64,000 nucleotides of DNA, taken from NCBI GenBank assembly GCA_964016885.1, contig OZ024743.1:211420001-211484000 (forward strand). Reading direction: 5' to 3'. The notes under the pieces were generated by a model. It had not been told where the DNA came from. It did not search any database and saw only the letters and a list, made by a program, of their open reading frames with translations. The position numbers were made by a program, and so were the translations under genes. Below are positions 28,537-42,901 of the stretch, one piece after another; the first letter of the stretch is position 1; the number at the start of each line of letters is the position of its first letter. The DNA is from Eledone cirrhosa. Lineage: Eukaryota.

Positions 28537-31500
28537 TCTGAGGAAAGAATCACTAGAGAGCTGTTCCAGCTAGAGCCACTAATTCACTGAATTGAGAGAT
28601 CACAGCGCTGATATTACAGACCTGTGGTTAGAATGTCTGAGGAAAGAATCACTAGAGAGCTGTTCCAGGTAGAGCCGTTAATTCACTGAATTGAGAGATC
28701 ATAGCTCTGATACTACAGACATGTGGTTAGAATGTCTGAGGAAAGAATCACTAGAGAGCTGTTCCAGGTATGAGCCACTAATTCACTGAATTGAGAGATC
28801 ACAGCTCTGATACTACAGACATGGGGTTAGAATTCCTGAGGAAAGAATAACTAGAGAGCTGTTCCAGGTAGAGCCACTAATTCACCAAATTGAGAGATCA
28901 TAGCTCTGATACTACAGACATGTGGTTAGAATGTCTGAGGAACGAATCACTAGAGAGCTGTTCCAGGTAGTGCCACTAATTCACTGAATTGAGAGATCAT
29001 AGCTCTGATACTACAGACATGTGGTTAGAATGTCTGAGGAAAGAATCACTAGAGAGCTGTTCCAGGTAGAGCCACTAATTCACTGAATTGAGAGATCACA
29101 GCTCTGATACTACAGACATGTGGTTAGAATGTCTGAGGAAAGAATCACTAGAGAGCTGTTCCAGGTAGAGCCACTAATTCACTGAATTGAGAGATCATAG
29201 CTCTGATACTACAGATATGTGGTTAGAATGTCTGAGGAAAGAATCACTAGAGAGCTGTTCCAGGTAGAGCCACTAATTCACTGAATTGAGAGATCACAGC
29301 TCTGATATTACAGGCATGTGGCTAGAATGTCTGAGGAAAGAATCACTGGAGAGCTGTTCCAGGTAGAGCCACTAATTCACTGAATTGAGAGATAATAGCT
29401 CTGATATTACAGACATGTGGTTAGAATGTCTGAGGAAAGAATCACTAGAGAGCTGTTCCAGGTAGAGCCACTAATTCACTGAATTTAGAGATCACAGCTC
29501 TGATATTACAGACATGTTGTTAGAATGTCTCAGGAAAGAATCACTAGAGAGCTGTTCCAGGTAGAGCCACTAATTCACTGAATTGAGAGATCACAGCTCT
29601 GATATTACAGACATGTGGTTAGAATGTCTGATGAAAGAAACACTAGAGAGCTGTTCCAGGTAGAGCCACTAATTCACTGAATTGAGAGATAATAGCTCTG
29701 ATATTACAGACATGTGGTTAGAATGTCTCAGGAAAGAATCACTAGAGAGCTGTTTCATGTAGAGCCACTAATTCACTGAATTGAGAGATCACAGCTCTGA
29801 TACTACAGACATGTGGTTAGAATGTCTGAGGAAAGAATCACTAGAGAGCTGTTCCAGGTAGAGCCACTAATTCACTGAATTGAGAGATCATAGCTCTGAT
29901 ATTACAGAAATGTGGTTAGAATGTCTGAGGAAAGAATCACTAGAGAGCTGTTCCAGCTAGAGCCACTAATTCACTGAATTGAGAGATCACAGCTCTGATA
30001 TTACAGACCTGTGGTTAGAATGTCTGAGGAAAGAATCACTAGAGAGCTGTTCCAGGTAGAGCCGTTAATTCACTGAATTGAGAGATCATAGCTCTGATAC
30101 TACAGACATGTGGTTAGAATGTCTGAGGAAAGAATCACTAGAGAGCTGTTCCAGGTATGAGCCACTAATTCACTGAATTGAGAGATCACAGCTCTGATAC
30201 TACAGACATGGGGTTAGAATTCCTGAGGAAAGAATAACTAGAGAGCTGTTCCAGGTAGAGCCACTAATTCACCAAATTGAGAGATCATAGCTCTGATACT
30301 ACAGACATGTGGTTAGAATGTCTGAGGAACGAATCACTAGAGAGCTGTTCCAGGTAGTGCCACTAATTCACTGAATTGAGAGATCATAGCTCTGATACTA
30401 CAGACATGTGGTTAGAATGTCTGAGGAAAGAATCACTAGAGAGCTGTTCCAGGTAGAGCCACTAATTCACTGAATTGAGATATCACAGCTCTGATACTAC
30501 AGACATGTGGTTAGAATGTCTGAGGAAAGAATCACTAGAGAGCTGTTCCAGGTAGAGCCACTAATTCACTGAATTGAGAGATCATAGCTCTGATACTACA
30601 GATATGTGGTTAGAATGTCTGAGGAAAGAATCACTAGAGAGCTGTTCCAGGTAGAGCCACTAATTCACTGAATTGAGAGAGCACAGCTCTGATATTACAG
30701 GCATGTGGCTAGAATGTCTGAGGAAAGAATCACTGGAGAGCTGTTCCAGGTAGAGCCACTAATTCACTGAATTGAGAGATCACAGCTCTGATATTACAGA
30801 CATGGGGTTAGAATGTCTGAGGAAAGAATCACTAGAGAGCTGTTCCAGGTAGAGCCACTAATTCACTGAATTGAGAGATCATAGCTCTGATACTACAGAC
30901 ATGTGGTTAGAATGTCTGAGGAAAGAATCACTAGAGAGCTGTTCCAGGTAGAGCCACTAATTCACTGAATTAAGAGATCATAGCTCTGATATTACAGACA
31001 TGTGGTTAGAATGTCTGAGGAAAGAATCACTGGAGAGCTGTTCCAGGTAGAGCCACTAATTCACCAAATTGAGAGATCATAGCTCTGATACTACAGACAT
31101 GTGGTTAGAATGTCTGAGGAACGAATCACTAGAGAGCTGTTCCAGGTAGTGCCACTAATTCACTGAAGTGAGAGATCATCGCTCTGATACTACAGACATG
31201 TGGTTAGAATGTCTGAGGAAAAAATCACTAGAGAGCTGTTCCAGGTAGAGCCACTAATTCACTGAATTGAGAGATCACAGCTCTGATACTACAGACATGT
31301 GGTTAGAATGTCTGAGGAAAGAATCACTAGAGAGTTGTTCCAGGTAGAGCCACTAATTCACTGAATTGAGAGATCATAGCTCTGATACTACAGATATGTG
31401 GTTAGAATGTCTGAGGAAAGAATCACTAGAGAGCTGTTCCAGGTAGAGCCACTAATTCACTGAATTTAGAGATCACAGCTCTGATATTACAGGCATGTGG

Positions 31501-33589
31501 CTAGAATGTCTGAGGAAAGAATCACTGGAGAGCTGTTCTAGGTAGAGCCACTAATTCACTGAATTGAGAGATCACAGCTCTGATATTACAGACATGTGGT
31601 TAGAATGTCTGAGGAAAGAATCACTAGAGAGCTGTTCCAGGTAGAGCCACTAATTCACTGAATTGAGAGATCATAGCTCTGATACTACAGACATGTGGTT
31701 AGAATGTCTGAGGAAAGAATCACTAGAGAGCTGTTCCAGGTAGAGCCACTAATTCACTGAATTAAGAGATCATAGCTCTGATATTACAGACATGTGGTTA
31801 GAATGTCTGAGGAAAGAATCACTGGAGAGCTGTTCCAGGTAGAGCCACCTAATTCACTGAATTGAGAGATCACAGCTCTGATATTACAGACATGTGGTTA
31901 GAATGTCTCAGGAAAGAATCACTAGAGAGCTGTTTCATGTAGAGCCACTAATTCACTGAATTGAGAGATCACAGCTCTGATACTACAGACATGTGGTTAG
32001 AATGTCTGAGGAAAGAATCACTAGAGAGCTGTTCCAGGTAGAGCCACTAATTCACTGAATTGAGAGATCATAGCTCTGATACTACAGATATGTGGTTAGA
32101 ATGTCTGAGGAAAGAATCACTAGAGAGCTGTTCCAGGTAGAGCCACTAATTCACTGAATTGAGAGAGCACAGCTCTGATATTACAGGCATGTGGCTAGAA
32201 TGTCTGAGGAAAGAATCACTGGAGAGCTGTTCCAGGTAGAGCCACTAATTCACTGAATTGAGAGATCACAGCTCTGATATTACAGACATGGGGTTAGAAT
32301 GTCTGAGGAAAGAATCACTAGAGAGCTGTTCCAGGTAGAGCCACTAATTCACTGAATTGAGAGATCATAGCTCTGATACTACAGACATGTGGTTAGAATG
32401 TCTGAGGAAAGAATCACTAGAGAGCTGTTCCAGGTAGAGCCACTAATTCACTGAATTAAGAGATCATAGCTCTGATATTACAGACATGTGGTTAGAATGT
32501 CTGAGGAAAGAATCACTGGAGAGCTGTTCCAGGTAGAGCCACTAATTCACCAAATTGAGAGATCATAGCTCTGATACTACAGACATGTGGTTAGAATGTC
32601 TGAGGAACGAATCACTAGAGAGCTGTTCCAGGTAGTGCCACTAATTCACTGAAGTGAGAGATCATCGCTCTGATACTACAGACATGTGGTTAGAATGTCT
32701 GAGGAAAAAATCACTAGAGAGCTGTTCCAGGTAGAGCCACTAATTCACTGAATTGAGAGATCACAGCTCTGATACTACAGACATGTGGTTAGAATGTCTG
32801 AGGAAAGAATCACTAGAGAGTTGTTCCAGGTAGAGCCACTAATTCACTGAATTGAGAGATCATAGCTCTGATACTACAGATATGTGGTTAGAATGTCTGA
32901 GGAAAGAATCACTAGAGAGCTGTTCCAGGTAGAGCCACTAATTCACTGAATTTAGAGATCACAGCTCTGATATTACAGGCATGTGGCTAGAATGTCTGAG
33001 GAAAGAATCACTGGAGAGCTGTTCCAGGTAGAGCCACTAATTCACTGAATTGAGAGATCACAGCTCTGATATTACAGACATGTGGTTAGAATGTCTGAGG
33101 AAAGAATCACTAGAGAGCTGTTCCAGGTAGAGCCACTAATTCACTGAATTGAGAGATCATAGCTCTGATACTACAGACATGTGGTTAGAATGTCTGAGGA
33201 AAGAATCACTAGAGAGCTGTTCCAGGTAGAGCCACTAATTCACTGAATTAAGAGATCATAGCTCTGATATTACAGACATGTGGTTAGAATGTCTGAGGAA
33301 AGAATCACTGGAGAGCTGTTCCAGGTAGAGCCACCTAATTCACTGAATTGAGAGATCACAGCTCTGATATTACAGACATGTGGTTAGAATGTCTCAGGAA
33401 AGAATCACTAGAGAGCTGTTTCATGTAGAGCCACTAATTCACTGAATTGAGAGATCACAGCTCTGATACTACAGACATGTGGTTAGAATGTCTGAGGAAA
33501 GAATCACTAGAGAGCTGTTCCAGGTAGAGCCACTAATTCACTGAATTGAGAGATCATAGCTCTGATATTACAGACATGTGGTTAGAATG
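28537..33589. repeat. HOR variant, 51 monomers (tandem duplication of HOR monomers 21-35)
   Basis: Markers at 28606 and 33659 (5053 = 51x99+4). Segment 30519-32004 is repeated at 32005-33490 (1486 bp). Confidence 0.92.
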
Positions 33590-34900
33590 TCTGAGGAAAG
33601 AATCACTAGAGAGCTGTTCCAGCTAGAGCCACTAATTCACTGAATTGAGAGATCACAGCGCTGATATTACAGACCTGTGGTTAGAATGTCTGAGGAAAGA
33701 ATCACTAGAGAGCTGTTCCAGGTAGAGCCGTTAATTCACTGAATTGAGAGATCATAGCTCTGATACTACAGACATGTGGTTAGAATGTCTGAGGAAAGAA
33801 TCACTAGAGAGCTGTTCCAGGTATGAGCCACTAATTCACTGAATTGAGAGATCACAGCTCTGATACTACAGACATGGGGTTAGAATTCCTGAGGAAAGAA
33901 TAACTAGAGAGCTGTTCCAGGTAGAGCCACTAATTCACCAAATTGAGAGATCATAGCTCTGATACTACAGACATGTGGTTAGAATGTCTGAGGAACGAAT
34001 CACTAGAGAGCTGTTCCAGGTAGTGCCACTAATTCACTGAATTGAGAGATCATAGCTCTGATACTACAGACATGTGGTTAGAATGTCTGAGGAAAGAATC
34101 ACTAGAGAGCTGTTCCAGGTAGAGCCACTAATTCACTGAATTGAGAGATCACAGCTCTGATACTACAGACATGTGGTTAGAATGTCTGAGGAAAGAATCA
34201 CTAGAGAGCTGTTCCAGGTAGAGCCACTAATTCACTGAATTGAGAGATCATAGCTCTGATACTACAGATATGTGGTTAGAATGTCTGAGGAAAGAATCAC
34301 TAGAGAGCTGTTCCAGGTAGAGCCACTAATTCACTGAATTGAGAGATCACAGCTCTGATATTACAGGCATGTGGCTAGAATGTCTGAGGAAAGAATCACT
34401 GGAGAGCTGTTCCAGGTAGAGCCACTAATTCACTGAATTGAGAGATAATAGCTCTGATATTACAGACATGTGGTTAGAATGTCTGAGGAAAGAATCACTA
34501 GAGAGCTGTTCCAGGTAGAGCCACTAATTCACTGAATTTAGAGATCACAGCTCTGATATTACAGACATGTTGTTAGAATGTCTCAGGAAAGAATCACTAG
34601 AGAGCTGTTCCAGGTAGAGCCACTAATTCACTGAATTGAGAGATCACAGCTCTGATACTACAGACATGTGGTTAGAATGTCTGAGGAAAGAATCGCTGGG
34701 GAGCTGTTCCAGGTAGAGCCACTAATTCACTGAATTGAGAGATCACAGCTCTGATATTACAGACATGTGGTTAGAATGTCTGATGAAAGAAACACTAGAG
34801 AGCTGTTCCAGGTAGAGCCACTAATTCACTGAATTGAGAGATAATAGCTCTGATATTACAGACATGTGGTTAGAATGTCTCAGGAAAGAATCACTAGAGA
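33590..34900. repeat. Terminal partial HOR unit and right boundary of the homogeneous domain
   Basis: HOR monomers 1-12 appear with the extra ATCGCTGGGG monomer (34680). Variants absent from the HOR domain follow: GATAATAC, AGTATGTCTCAGTAA, TCTAAGG, CTACAG, ATTAACT. Confidence 0.85.
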
Positions 34901-37099
34901 GCTGTTCCAGGTAGAGCCACTAATTCACTGAATTGAGAGATCACAGCTCTGATAATACAGACATGTGGTTAGTATGTCTCAGTAAAGAATCACTGGAGAG
35001 CTGTTCCAGGTAGAGCCGTTAATTCACTGAATTGAGAGATCATAGCTCTGATACTACAGACATGTGGTTAGAATGTCTAAGGAAAGAATCACTAGAGAGC
35101 TGTTCCAGGTAGAGCCGCTAATTCACTGAATTGAGAGATCATAGCTCTGATACTACAGACATGTGGTTAGAATGTCTGAGGAAAGAATCACTACAGAGCT
35201 GTTCCAGGTATGAGCCACTAATTAACTGAATTGAGAGATCACAGCTCTGATACTACAGACATGGGGTTAGAATTCCTGAGGAAAGAATAACTAGAGAGCT
35301 GTTCCAGGTAGAGCCACTAATTCACCAAATTGAGAGATCATAGCTCTGATACTACAGACATGTGGTTAGAATGTCTGAGGAACGAATCACTAGAGAGCTG
35401 TTCCAGGTAGTGCCACTAATTCACTGAATTGAGAGATCATAGCTCTGATACTACAGACATGTGGTTAGAATGTCTGAGGAAAGAATCACTAGAGAGCTGT
35501 TCCAGGTAGAGCCACTAATTCACTGAATTGAGAGATCACAGCTCTGATACTACAGACATGTGGTCAGAATGTCTGAGGAAAGAATCACTAGAGAGCTCTT
35601 CCAGGTAGAGCCACTAATTCACTGAATTGTGAGATCATAGCTCTGATACTACAGATATGTGGTTAGAATGTCTGAGGAAAGAATCACTAGAGAGCTGTTC
35701 CAGGTAGAGCCACTAATTCACTGAATTGAGAGATCACAGCTCTGATATTACAGGCATGTGGCTAGAATGTCTGAGGAAAGAATCACTGGAGAGCTGTTCC
35801 AGGTAGAGCCACTAATTCACTGAATTGAGAGATCACAGCTCTGATATTACAGACATGTGGTTAGAATGTCTGAGGAAAGAATCACTAGAGAGCTGTTCCA
35901 GGTAGAGCCACTAATTCACTGAATTGAGAGATCATAGCTCTGATACTACAGACATGTGGTTAGAATGTCTGAGGAAAGAATCACTAGAGAGCTGTTCCAG
36001 GTAGAGCCACTAATTCACTGAATTAAGAGATCATAGCTCTGATATTACAGACATGTGGTTAGAATGTCTGAGGAAAGAATCACTAGAGAGATGTTCCAGG
36101 TAGAGCCACTAATTCACTGAATTGAGAGATCACAGCTCTGATATTACAGACATGTGGTTAGAATGTCTGAGGAAAGAATCACTAGAGAGCTGTTCCAGGT
36201 AGTGCCACTAATTCACTGAATTGAGAGATAATAGCTCTGATATTACAGACATGAGGTTAGAATGTCTGAGGAAAGAATCACTCGAGAGCTGTTCCAGGTA
36301 GAGCCACTAATTCACTGAATTGAGAGATCACAGCTCTGATATTACAGACATGTGGTTAGAATGTCTCAGGAAAGAATCACTAGAGAGCTGTTTCAGGTAG
36401 AGCCACTAATTCACTGAATTGAGAGATCACAGCTCTGATATTACAGACATGGGGTTAGAATTCCTGAGGAAAGAATAACTAGAGAGCTGTTCCAGGTAGA
36501 GCCACTAATTCACCAAATTGAGAGATCATAGCTCTGATACTACAGACATGTGGTTAGAATGTCTGAGGAACGAATCACTAGAGAGCTGTTCCAGGTAGTG
36601 CCACTAATTCACTGAAGTGAGAGATCATCGCTCTGATACTACAGACATGTGGTTAGAATGTCTGAGGAAAGAATCACTAGAGAGCTGTTCCAGGTAAAGC
36701 CACTAATTCACTGAATTGAGAGATCACAGCTCTGATATTACAGGCATGTGGCTAGAATGTCTGAGGAAAGAATCACTGGAGAGCTGTTCCAGGTAGAGCC
36801 ACTAATTCACTGAATTGAGAGATCATAGCTCTGATACTACAGACATGTGGTTAGAATGTCTGAGGAAAGAATCACTAGAGAGCTGTTCCAGGTAGAGCCA
36901 CTAATTCACTGAATTAAGAGATCATAGCTCTGATATTACAGACATGTGGTTAGAATGTCTGAGGAAAGAATCACTAGAGAGCTGTTCCAGCTAGAGCCAC
37001 TAATTCACTGAATTGAGAGATCACAGCTCTGATATTACAGACCTGTGGTTAGAATGTCTGAGGAAAGAATCACTAGAGAGCTGTTCCAGGTAGAGCCGT

Positions 37100-40000
37100 T
37101 AATTCACTGAATTGAGAGATCATAGCTCTGATACTACAGACATGTGGTTAGAATGTCTGAGGAAAGAATCACTAGAGAGCTGTTCCAGGTATGAGCCACT
37201 AATTCACTGAATTGAGAGATCACAGCTCTGATACTACAGACATGGGGTTAGAATTCCTGAGGAAAGAATAACTAGAGAGCTGTTCCAGGTAGAGCCACTA
37301 ATTCACCAAATTGAGAGATCATAGCTCTGATACTACAGACATGTGGTTAGAATGTCTGAGGAACGAATCACTAGAGAGCTGTTCCAGGTAGTGCCACTAA
37401 TTCACTGAATTGAGAGATCATAGCTCTGATACTACAGATATGTGGTTAGAATGTCTGAGGAAAGAATCACTAGAGAGCTGTTCCAGGTAGAGCCACTAAT
37501 TCACTGAATTGAGAGATCACAGCTCTGATATTACAGGCATGTGGCTAGAATGTCTGAGGAAAGAATCACTGGAGAGCTGTTCCAGGTAGAGCCACTAATT
37601 CACTGAATTGAGAGATCACAGCTCTGATATTACAGACATGTGGTTAGAATGTCTGAGGAAAGAATCACTAGAGAGCTGTTCCAGGTAGAGCCACTAATTC
37701 ACTGAATTGAGAGATCATAGCTCTGATACTACAGACATGTGGTTAGAATGTCTGAGGAAAGAATCACTAGAGAGCTGTTCCAGGTAGAGCCACTAATTCA
37801 CTGAATTGAGAGATCATAGCTCTGATACTACAGATATGTGGTTAGAATGTCTGAGGAAAGAATCACTAGAGAGCTGTTCCAGGTAGAGCCACTAATTCAC
37901 TGAATTGAGAGATCACAGCTCTGATATTACAGGCATGTGGCTAGAATGTCTGAGGAAAGAATCACTGGAGAGCTGTTCCAGGTAGAGCCACTAATTCACT
38001 AAATTGAGAGATCACAGCTCTGATATTACAGACATGGGGTTAGAATGTCTGAGGAAAGAATCACTAGAGAGCTGTTCCAGGTAGAGCCACTAATTCACTG
38101 AATTGAGAGATCATAGCTCTGATACTACAGACATGTGGTTAGAATGTCTGAGGAAAGAATCACTAGAGAGCTGTTCCAGGTAGAGCCACTAATTCACTGA
38201 ATTAAGAGATCATAGCTCTGATATTCCAGACATGTGGTTAGAATGTCTGAGGAAAGAATCACTGGAGAGCTGTTCCAGGTAGAGCCACCTAATTCACTGA
38301 ATTGAGAGATCACAGCTCTGATATTACAGACATGGGGTTAGAATGTCTCAGGAAAGAATCACTAGAGAGCTGTTTCATGTAGAGCCACTAATTCACTGAA
38401 TTGAGAGATGACAGCTCTGATATTAGAGACATGTGGTTAGAATGTCTGAGGAAAGAATCACTAGCGAGCTGTTCCAGATAGAGCCGCTAATTCACTGAAT
38501 TGAGAGATCACAGCTCTGATACTACAGACTTGTGGTTAGAATGTCTGAGGAAAGAATCACTAGAGAGCTGTTACAGGTAGAGCCACTAATTCACTGAATT
38601 GAGAGATCATAGCTCTGATATTACAGACATGTGGTTAGAATGACTGAGGAACGAATCACTAGAGAGCTGTTCCAGGTAGAGCCACTAATTCACTGAATTG
38701 AGAGATCACAGCTCTGATATTACAGACATGTGGTTAGAATGTCTGATGAAAGAATCACTAGAGAGCTGTTCCAGGTAGAGCCACTAATTCACTGAATTGA
38801 GAGATAATAGCTCTGATATTACAGACATGTGGTTAGAACGTCTGAGGAAAGAATCACTAGAGAGCTGTTCCAGGTGGAGCCACTAATTCACTGAATTTAG
38901 AGATCACAGCTCTGATATTACAGACATGTGGTTAGAATGTCTCAGGAAAGAATCATTAGAGAGCTGTTCCAGGTAGAGCCACTAATTCACTGAATTGAGA
39001 GATCACAGCTCTGATATTACAGACATGTGGTTAGAATGTCTGAGGAAAGAATCAGTAGAGAGCTGTTCCAGGTAGAGACGCTAATTCACTGAATTGAGAG
39101 ATTATAGCTCTGATACTACAGACATGTGGTTAGAATGTCTGAGGAAAGAATCACTAGAGAGCTGTTCCAGGTAGAGCCACTAATTCACTGAATTGAGAGA
39201 TCACAGCTCTGATACTACTGACATGGGGTTAGAATTCCTGAGGAAAGAATAACTAGAGAGCTGTTCCAGGTAGAGCCACTAATTCACCAAATTGAGAGAT
39301 CATAACTCTGATACTACAGACATGTGGTTAGAATGTCTGAGGAACGAATCACTAGAGAGCTGTTCCAGGTAGTGCCACTAATTCACTGAATTGAGAGATC
39401 ATAGCACTGATACTACAGATATGTGGTTAGAATGTCTGAGGAATGAATCACTAGAGAGCTGTTGCAGGTAGAGCCACTAATTCACTGAATTGAGAGATCA
39501 CAGCTCTGATATTACAGGCATGTGGCTAGAATGTCTGAGGAAAGAATCACTGGAGAGCTGTTCCAGGTAGAGCCACTAATTCACTGAATTGAGAGATCAC
39601 AGCTCTGATATTACAGACATGTGGTTAGAATGTCTGAGGAACGAATCACTAGAGAGCTGTTCCAGGTAGTGCCACTAATTCACTGAATTGAGAGATCATA
39701 GCTCTGATACTACAGACATGTGGTTAGAATGTCTGAGGAAAGAATCACTAGAGAGCTGTTCCAGGTATGAGCCACTAATTCACTGAATTGAGAGATCACA
39801 GCTCTGATACTACAGACATGGGGTTAGAATTCCTGAGGAAAGAATAACTAGAGAGCTGTTCCAGGTAGAGCCACTAATTCACCAAATTGAGAGATCATAG
39901 CTCTGATACTACAGACATGTGGTTAGAATGTCTGAGGAACGAATCACTAGAGAGCTGTTCCAGGTAGTGCCACTAATTCACTGAATTGAGAGATCATAGC

Positions 40001-42093
40001 TCTGATACTACAGATATGTGGTTAGAATGTCTGAGGAAAGAATCACTAGAGAGCTGTTCCAGGTAGAGCCACTAATTCACTGAATTGAGAGATCACAGCT
40101 CTGATATTACAGGCATGTGGCTAGAATGTCTGAGGAAAGAATCACTGGAGAGCTGTTCCAGGTAGAGCCACTAATTCACTGAATTGAGAGATCACAGCTC
40201 TGATATTACAGACATGTGGTTAGAATGTCTGAGGAAAGAATCACTAGAGAGCTGTTCCAGGTAGAGCCACTAATTCACTGAATTGAGAGATCATAGCTCT
40301 GATACTACAGACATGTGGTTAGAATGTCTGAGGAAAGAATCACTAGAGAGCTGTTCCAGGTAGAGCCACTAATTCACTGAATTGAGAGATCATAGCTCTG
40401 ATACTACAGATATGTGGTTAGAATGTCTGAGGAAAGAATCACTAGAGAGCTGTTCCAGGTAGAGCCACTAATTCACTGAATTGAGAGATCACAGCTCTGA
40501 TATTACAGGCATGTGGCTAGAATGTCTGAGGAAAGAATCACTGGAGAGCTGTTCCAGGTAGAGCCACTAATTCACTAAATTGAGAGATCACAGCTCTGAT
40601 ATTACAGACATGGGGTTAGAATGTCTGAGGAAAGAATCACTAGAGAGCTGTTCCAGGTAGAGCCACTAATTCACTGAATTGAGAGATCATAGCTCTGATA
40701 CTACAGACATGTGGTTAGAATGTCTGAGGAAAGAATCACTAGAGAGCTGTTCCAGGTAGAGCCACTAATTCACTGAATTAAGAGATCATAGCTCTGATAT
40801 TCCAGACATGTGGTTAGAATGTCTGAGGAAAGAATCACTGGAGAGCTGTTCCAGGTAGAGCCACCTAATTCACTGAATTGAGAGATCACAGCTCTGATAT
40901 TACAGACATGGGGTTAGAATGTCTCAGGAAAGAATCACTAGAGAGCTGTTTCATGTAGAGCCACTAATTCACTGAATTGAGAGATGACAGCTCTGATATT
41001 AGAGACATGTGGTTAGAATGTCTGAGGAAAGAATCACTAGCGAGCTGTTCCAGATAGAGCCGCTAATTCACTGAATTGAGAGATCACAGCTCTGATACTA
41101 CAGACTTGTGGTTAGAATGTCTGAGGAAAGAATCACTAGAGAGCTGTTACAGGTAGAGCCACTAATTCACTGAATTGAGAGATCATAGCTCTGATATTAC
41201 AGACATGTGGTTAGAATGACTGAGGAACGAATCACTAGAGAGCTGTTCCAGGTAGAGCCACTAATTCACTGAATTGAGAGATCACAGCTCTGATATTACA
41301 GACATGTGGTTAGAATGTCTGATGAAAGAATCACTAGAGAGCTGTTCCAGGTAGAGCCACTAATTCACTGAATTGAGAGATAATAGCTCTGATATTACAG
41401 ACATGTGGTTAGAACGTCTGAGGAAAGAATCACTAGAGAGCTGTTCCAGGTGGAGCCACTAATTCACTGAATTTAGAGATCACAGCTCTGATATTACAGA
41501 CATGTGGTTAGAATGTCTCAGGAAAGAATCATTAGAGAGCTGTTCCAGGTAGAGCCACTAATTCACTGAATTGAGAGATCACAGCTCTGATATTACAGAC
41601 ATGTGGTTAGAATGTCTGAGGAAAGAATCAGTAGAGAGCTGTTCCAGGTAGAGACGCTAATTCACTGAATTGAGAGATTATAGCTCTGATACTACAGACA
41701 TGTGGTTAGAATGTCTGAGGAAAGAATCACTAGAGAGCTGTTCCAGGTAGAGCCACTAATTCACTGAATTGAGAGATCACAGCTCTGATACTACTGACAT
41801 GGGGTTAGAATTCCTGAGGAAAGAATAACTAGAGAGCTGTTCCAGGTAGAGCCACTAATTCACCAAATTGAGAGATCATAACTCTGATACTACAGACATG
41901 TGGTTAGAATGTCTGAGGAACGAATCACTAGAGAGCTGTTCCAGGTAGTGCCACTAATTCACTGAATTGAGAGATCATAGCACTGATACTACAGATATGT
42001 GGTTAGAATGTCTGAGGAATGAATCACTAGAGAGCTGTTGCAGGTAGAGCCACTAATTCACTGAATTGAGAGATCACAGCTCTGATATTACAG
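37100..42093. repeat. Block duplication with period 2576 bp (26 monomers): ~37100-39517 and ~39676-42093
   Basis: Rare variants pair at an offset of 2576: CACTAAATT 38000/40576, ATATTCCAG 38225/40801, TATGAG monomer 37156/39732. GATGAC, GACTTG, GTTACAG, GGTGGAG, GAGACGC, CATAACT and GTTGCAG each occur once per copy. Confidence 0.9.
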
Positions 42094-42901
42094 ACATGTG
42101 GTTAGAATGTCTGAGTAAAGAATCACTGGAGTGCTGTTCCAGGTAGAGCCACTAATTCACTGAATTGAGAGATAATAGCTCTGATATTACAGACATGTGG
42201 TTAGAATGTCTGAGGAAAGAATCACTAGAGAGCTGTTCCAGGTAGAGCCACTAATTCACTGAATTTAGAGATCACAGCTCTGATATTACAGACATGTGGT
42301 TAGAATGTCTCAGGAAAGAATCACTAGAGAGCTGTTCCAGGTAGAGCCACTAATACACTGAATTGAGAGATCACAGCTCTGATAATACAGACATGTGGTT
42401 AGTATGTCTCAGTAAAGAATCACTGGAGAGCTGTTCCAGGTAGAGCCGCTAATTCACTGAATTGAGAGATCACAGCTCTGATATTACAGACATGTGGTTA
42501 GAATGTCTGAGGAAAGAATCAGTAGAGAGCTGTTCCAGGTAGAGCCGCTAATTCACTGAATTGAGAGATCATAGCTCTGATACTACAGACATGTGGTTAG
42601 AATGTCTGAGGAAAGAATCACTAGAGAGCTGTTCCAGGTAGAGCCACTAATTCACTGAATTGAGAGATCACAGCTCTGATACTACTGACATGGGGTTAGA
42701 ATTCCTGAGGAAAGAATAACTAGAGAGCTGGTCCAGGTAGAGCCACTAATTCACCAAATTGAGAGATCATAGCTCTGATACTACAGACATGTGGTTAGAA
42801 TGTCTGAGGAACGAATCACTAGAGAGCTGTTCCAGGTAGTGCCACTAATTCACTGAATTGAGAGATCATAGCTCTGATACTACAGATATGTGGTTAGAAT
42901 G

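Noticed and set aside
1-34900. Purifying selection on the LINE frame (synonymous variants TAT/TAC, AGA/CGA, ATC/ATA, CCA/CCG, AGA/AGG, TTC/TTT)
   Set aside because: Nonsense and missense alleles (CAG/TAG, GAG/TAG, TCA/TAA, GAG/GTG) are also common and the two stops are nearly fixed, so there is no support without a formal test.
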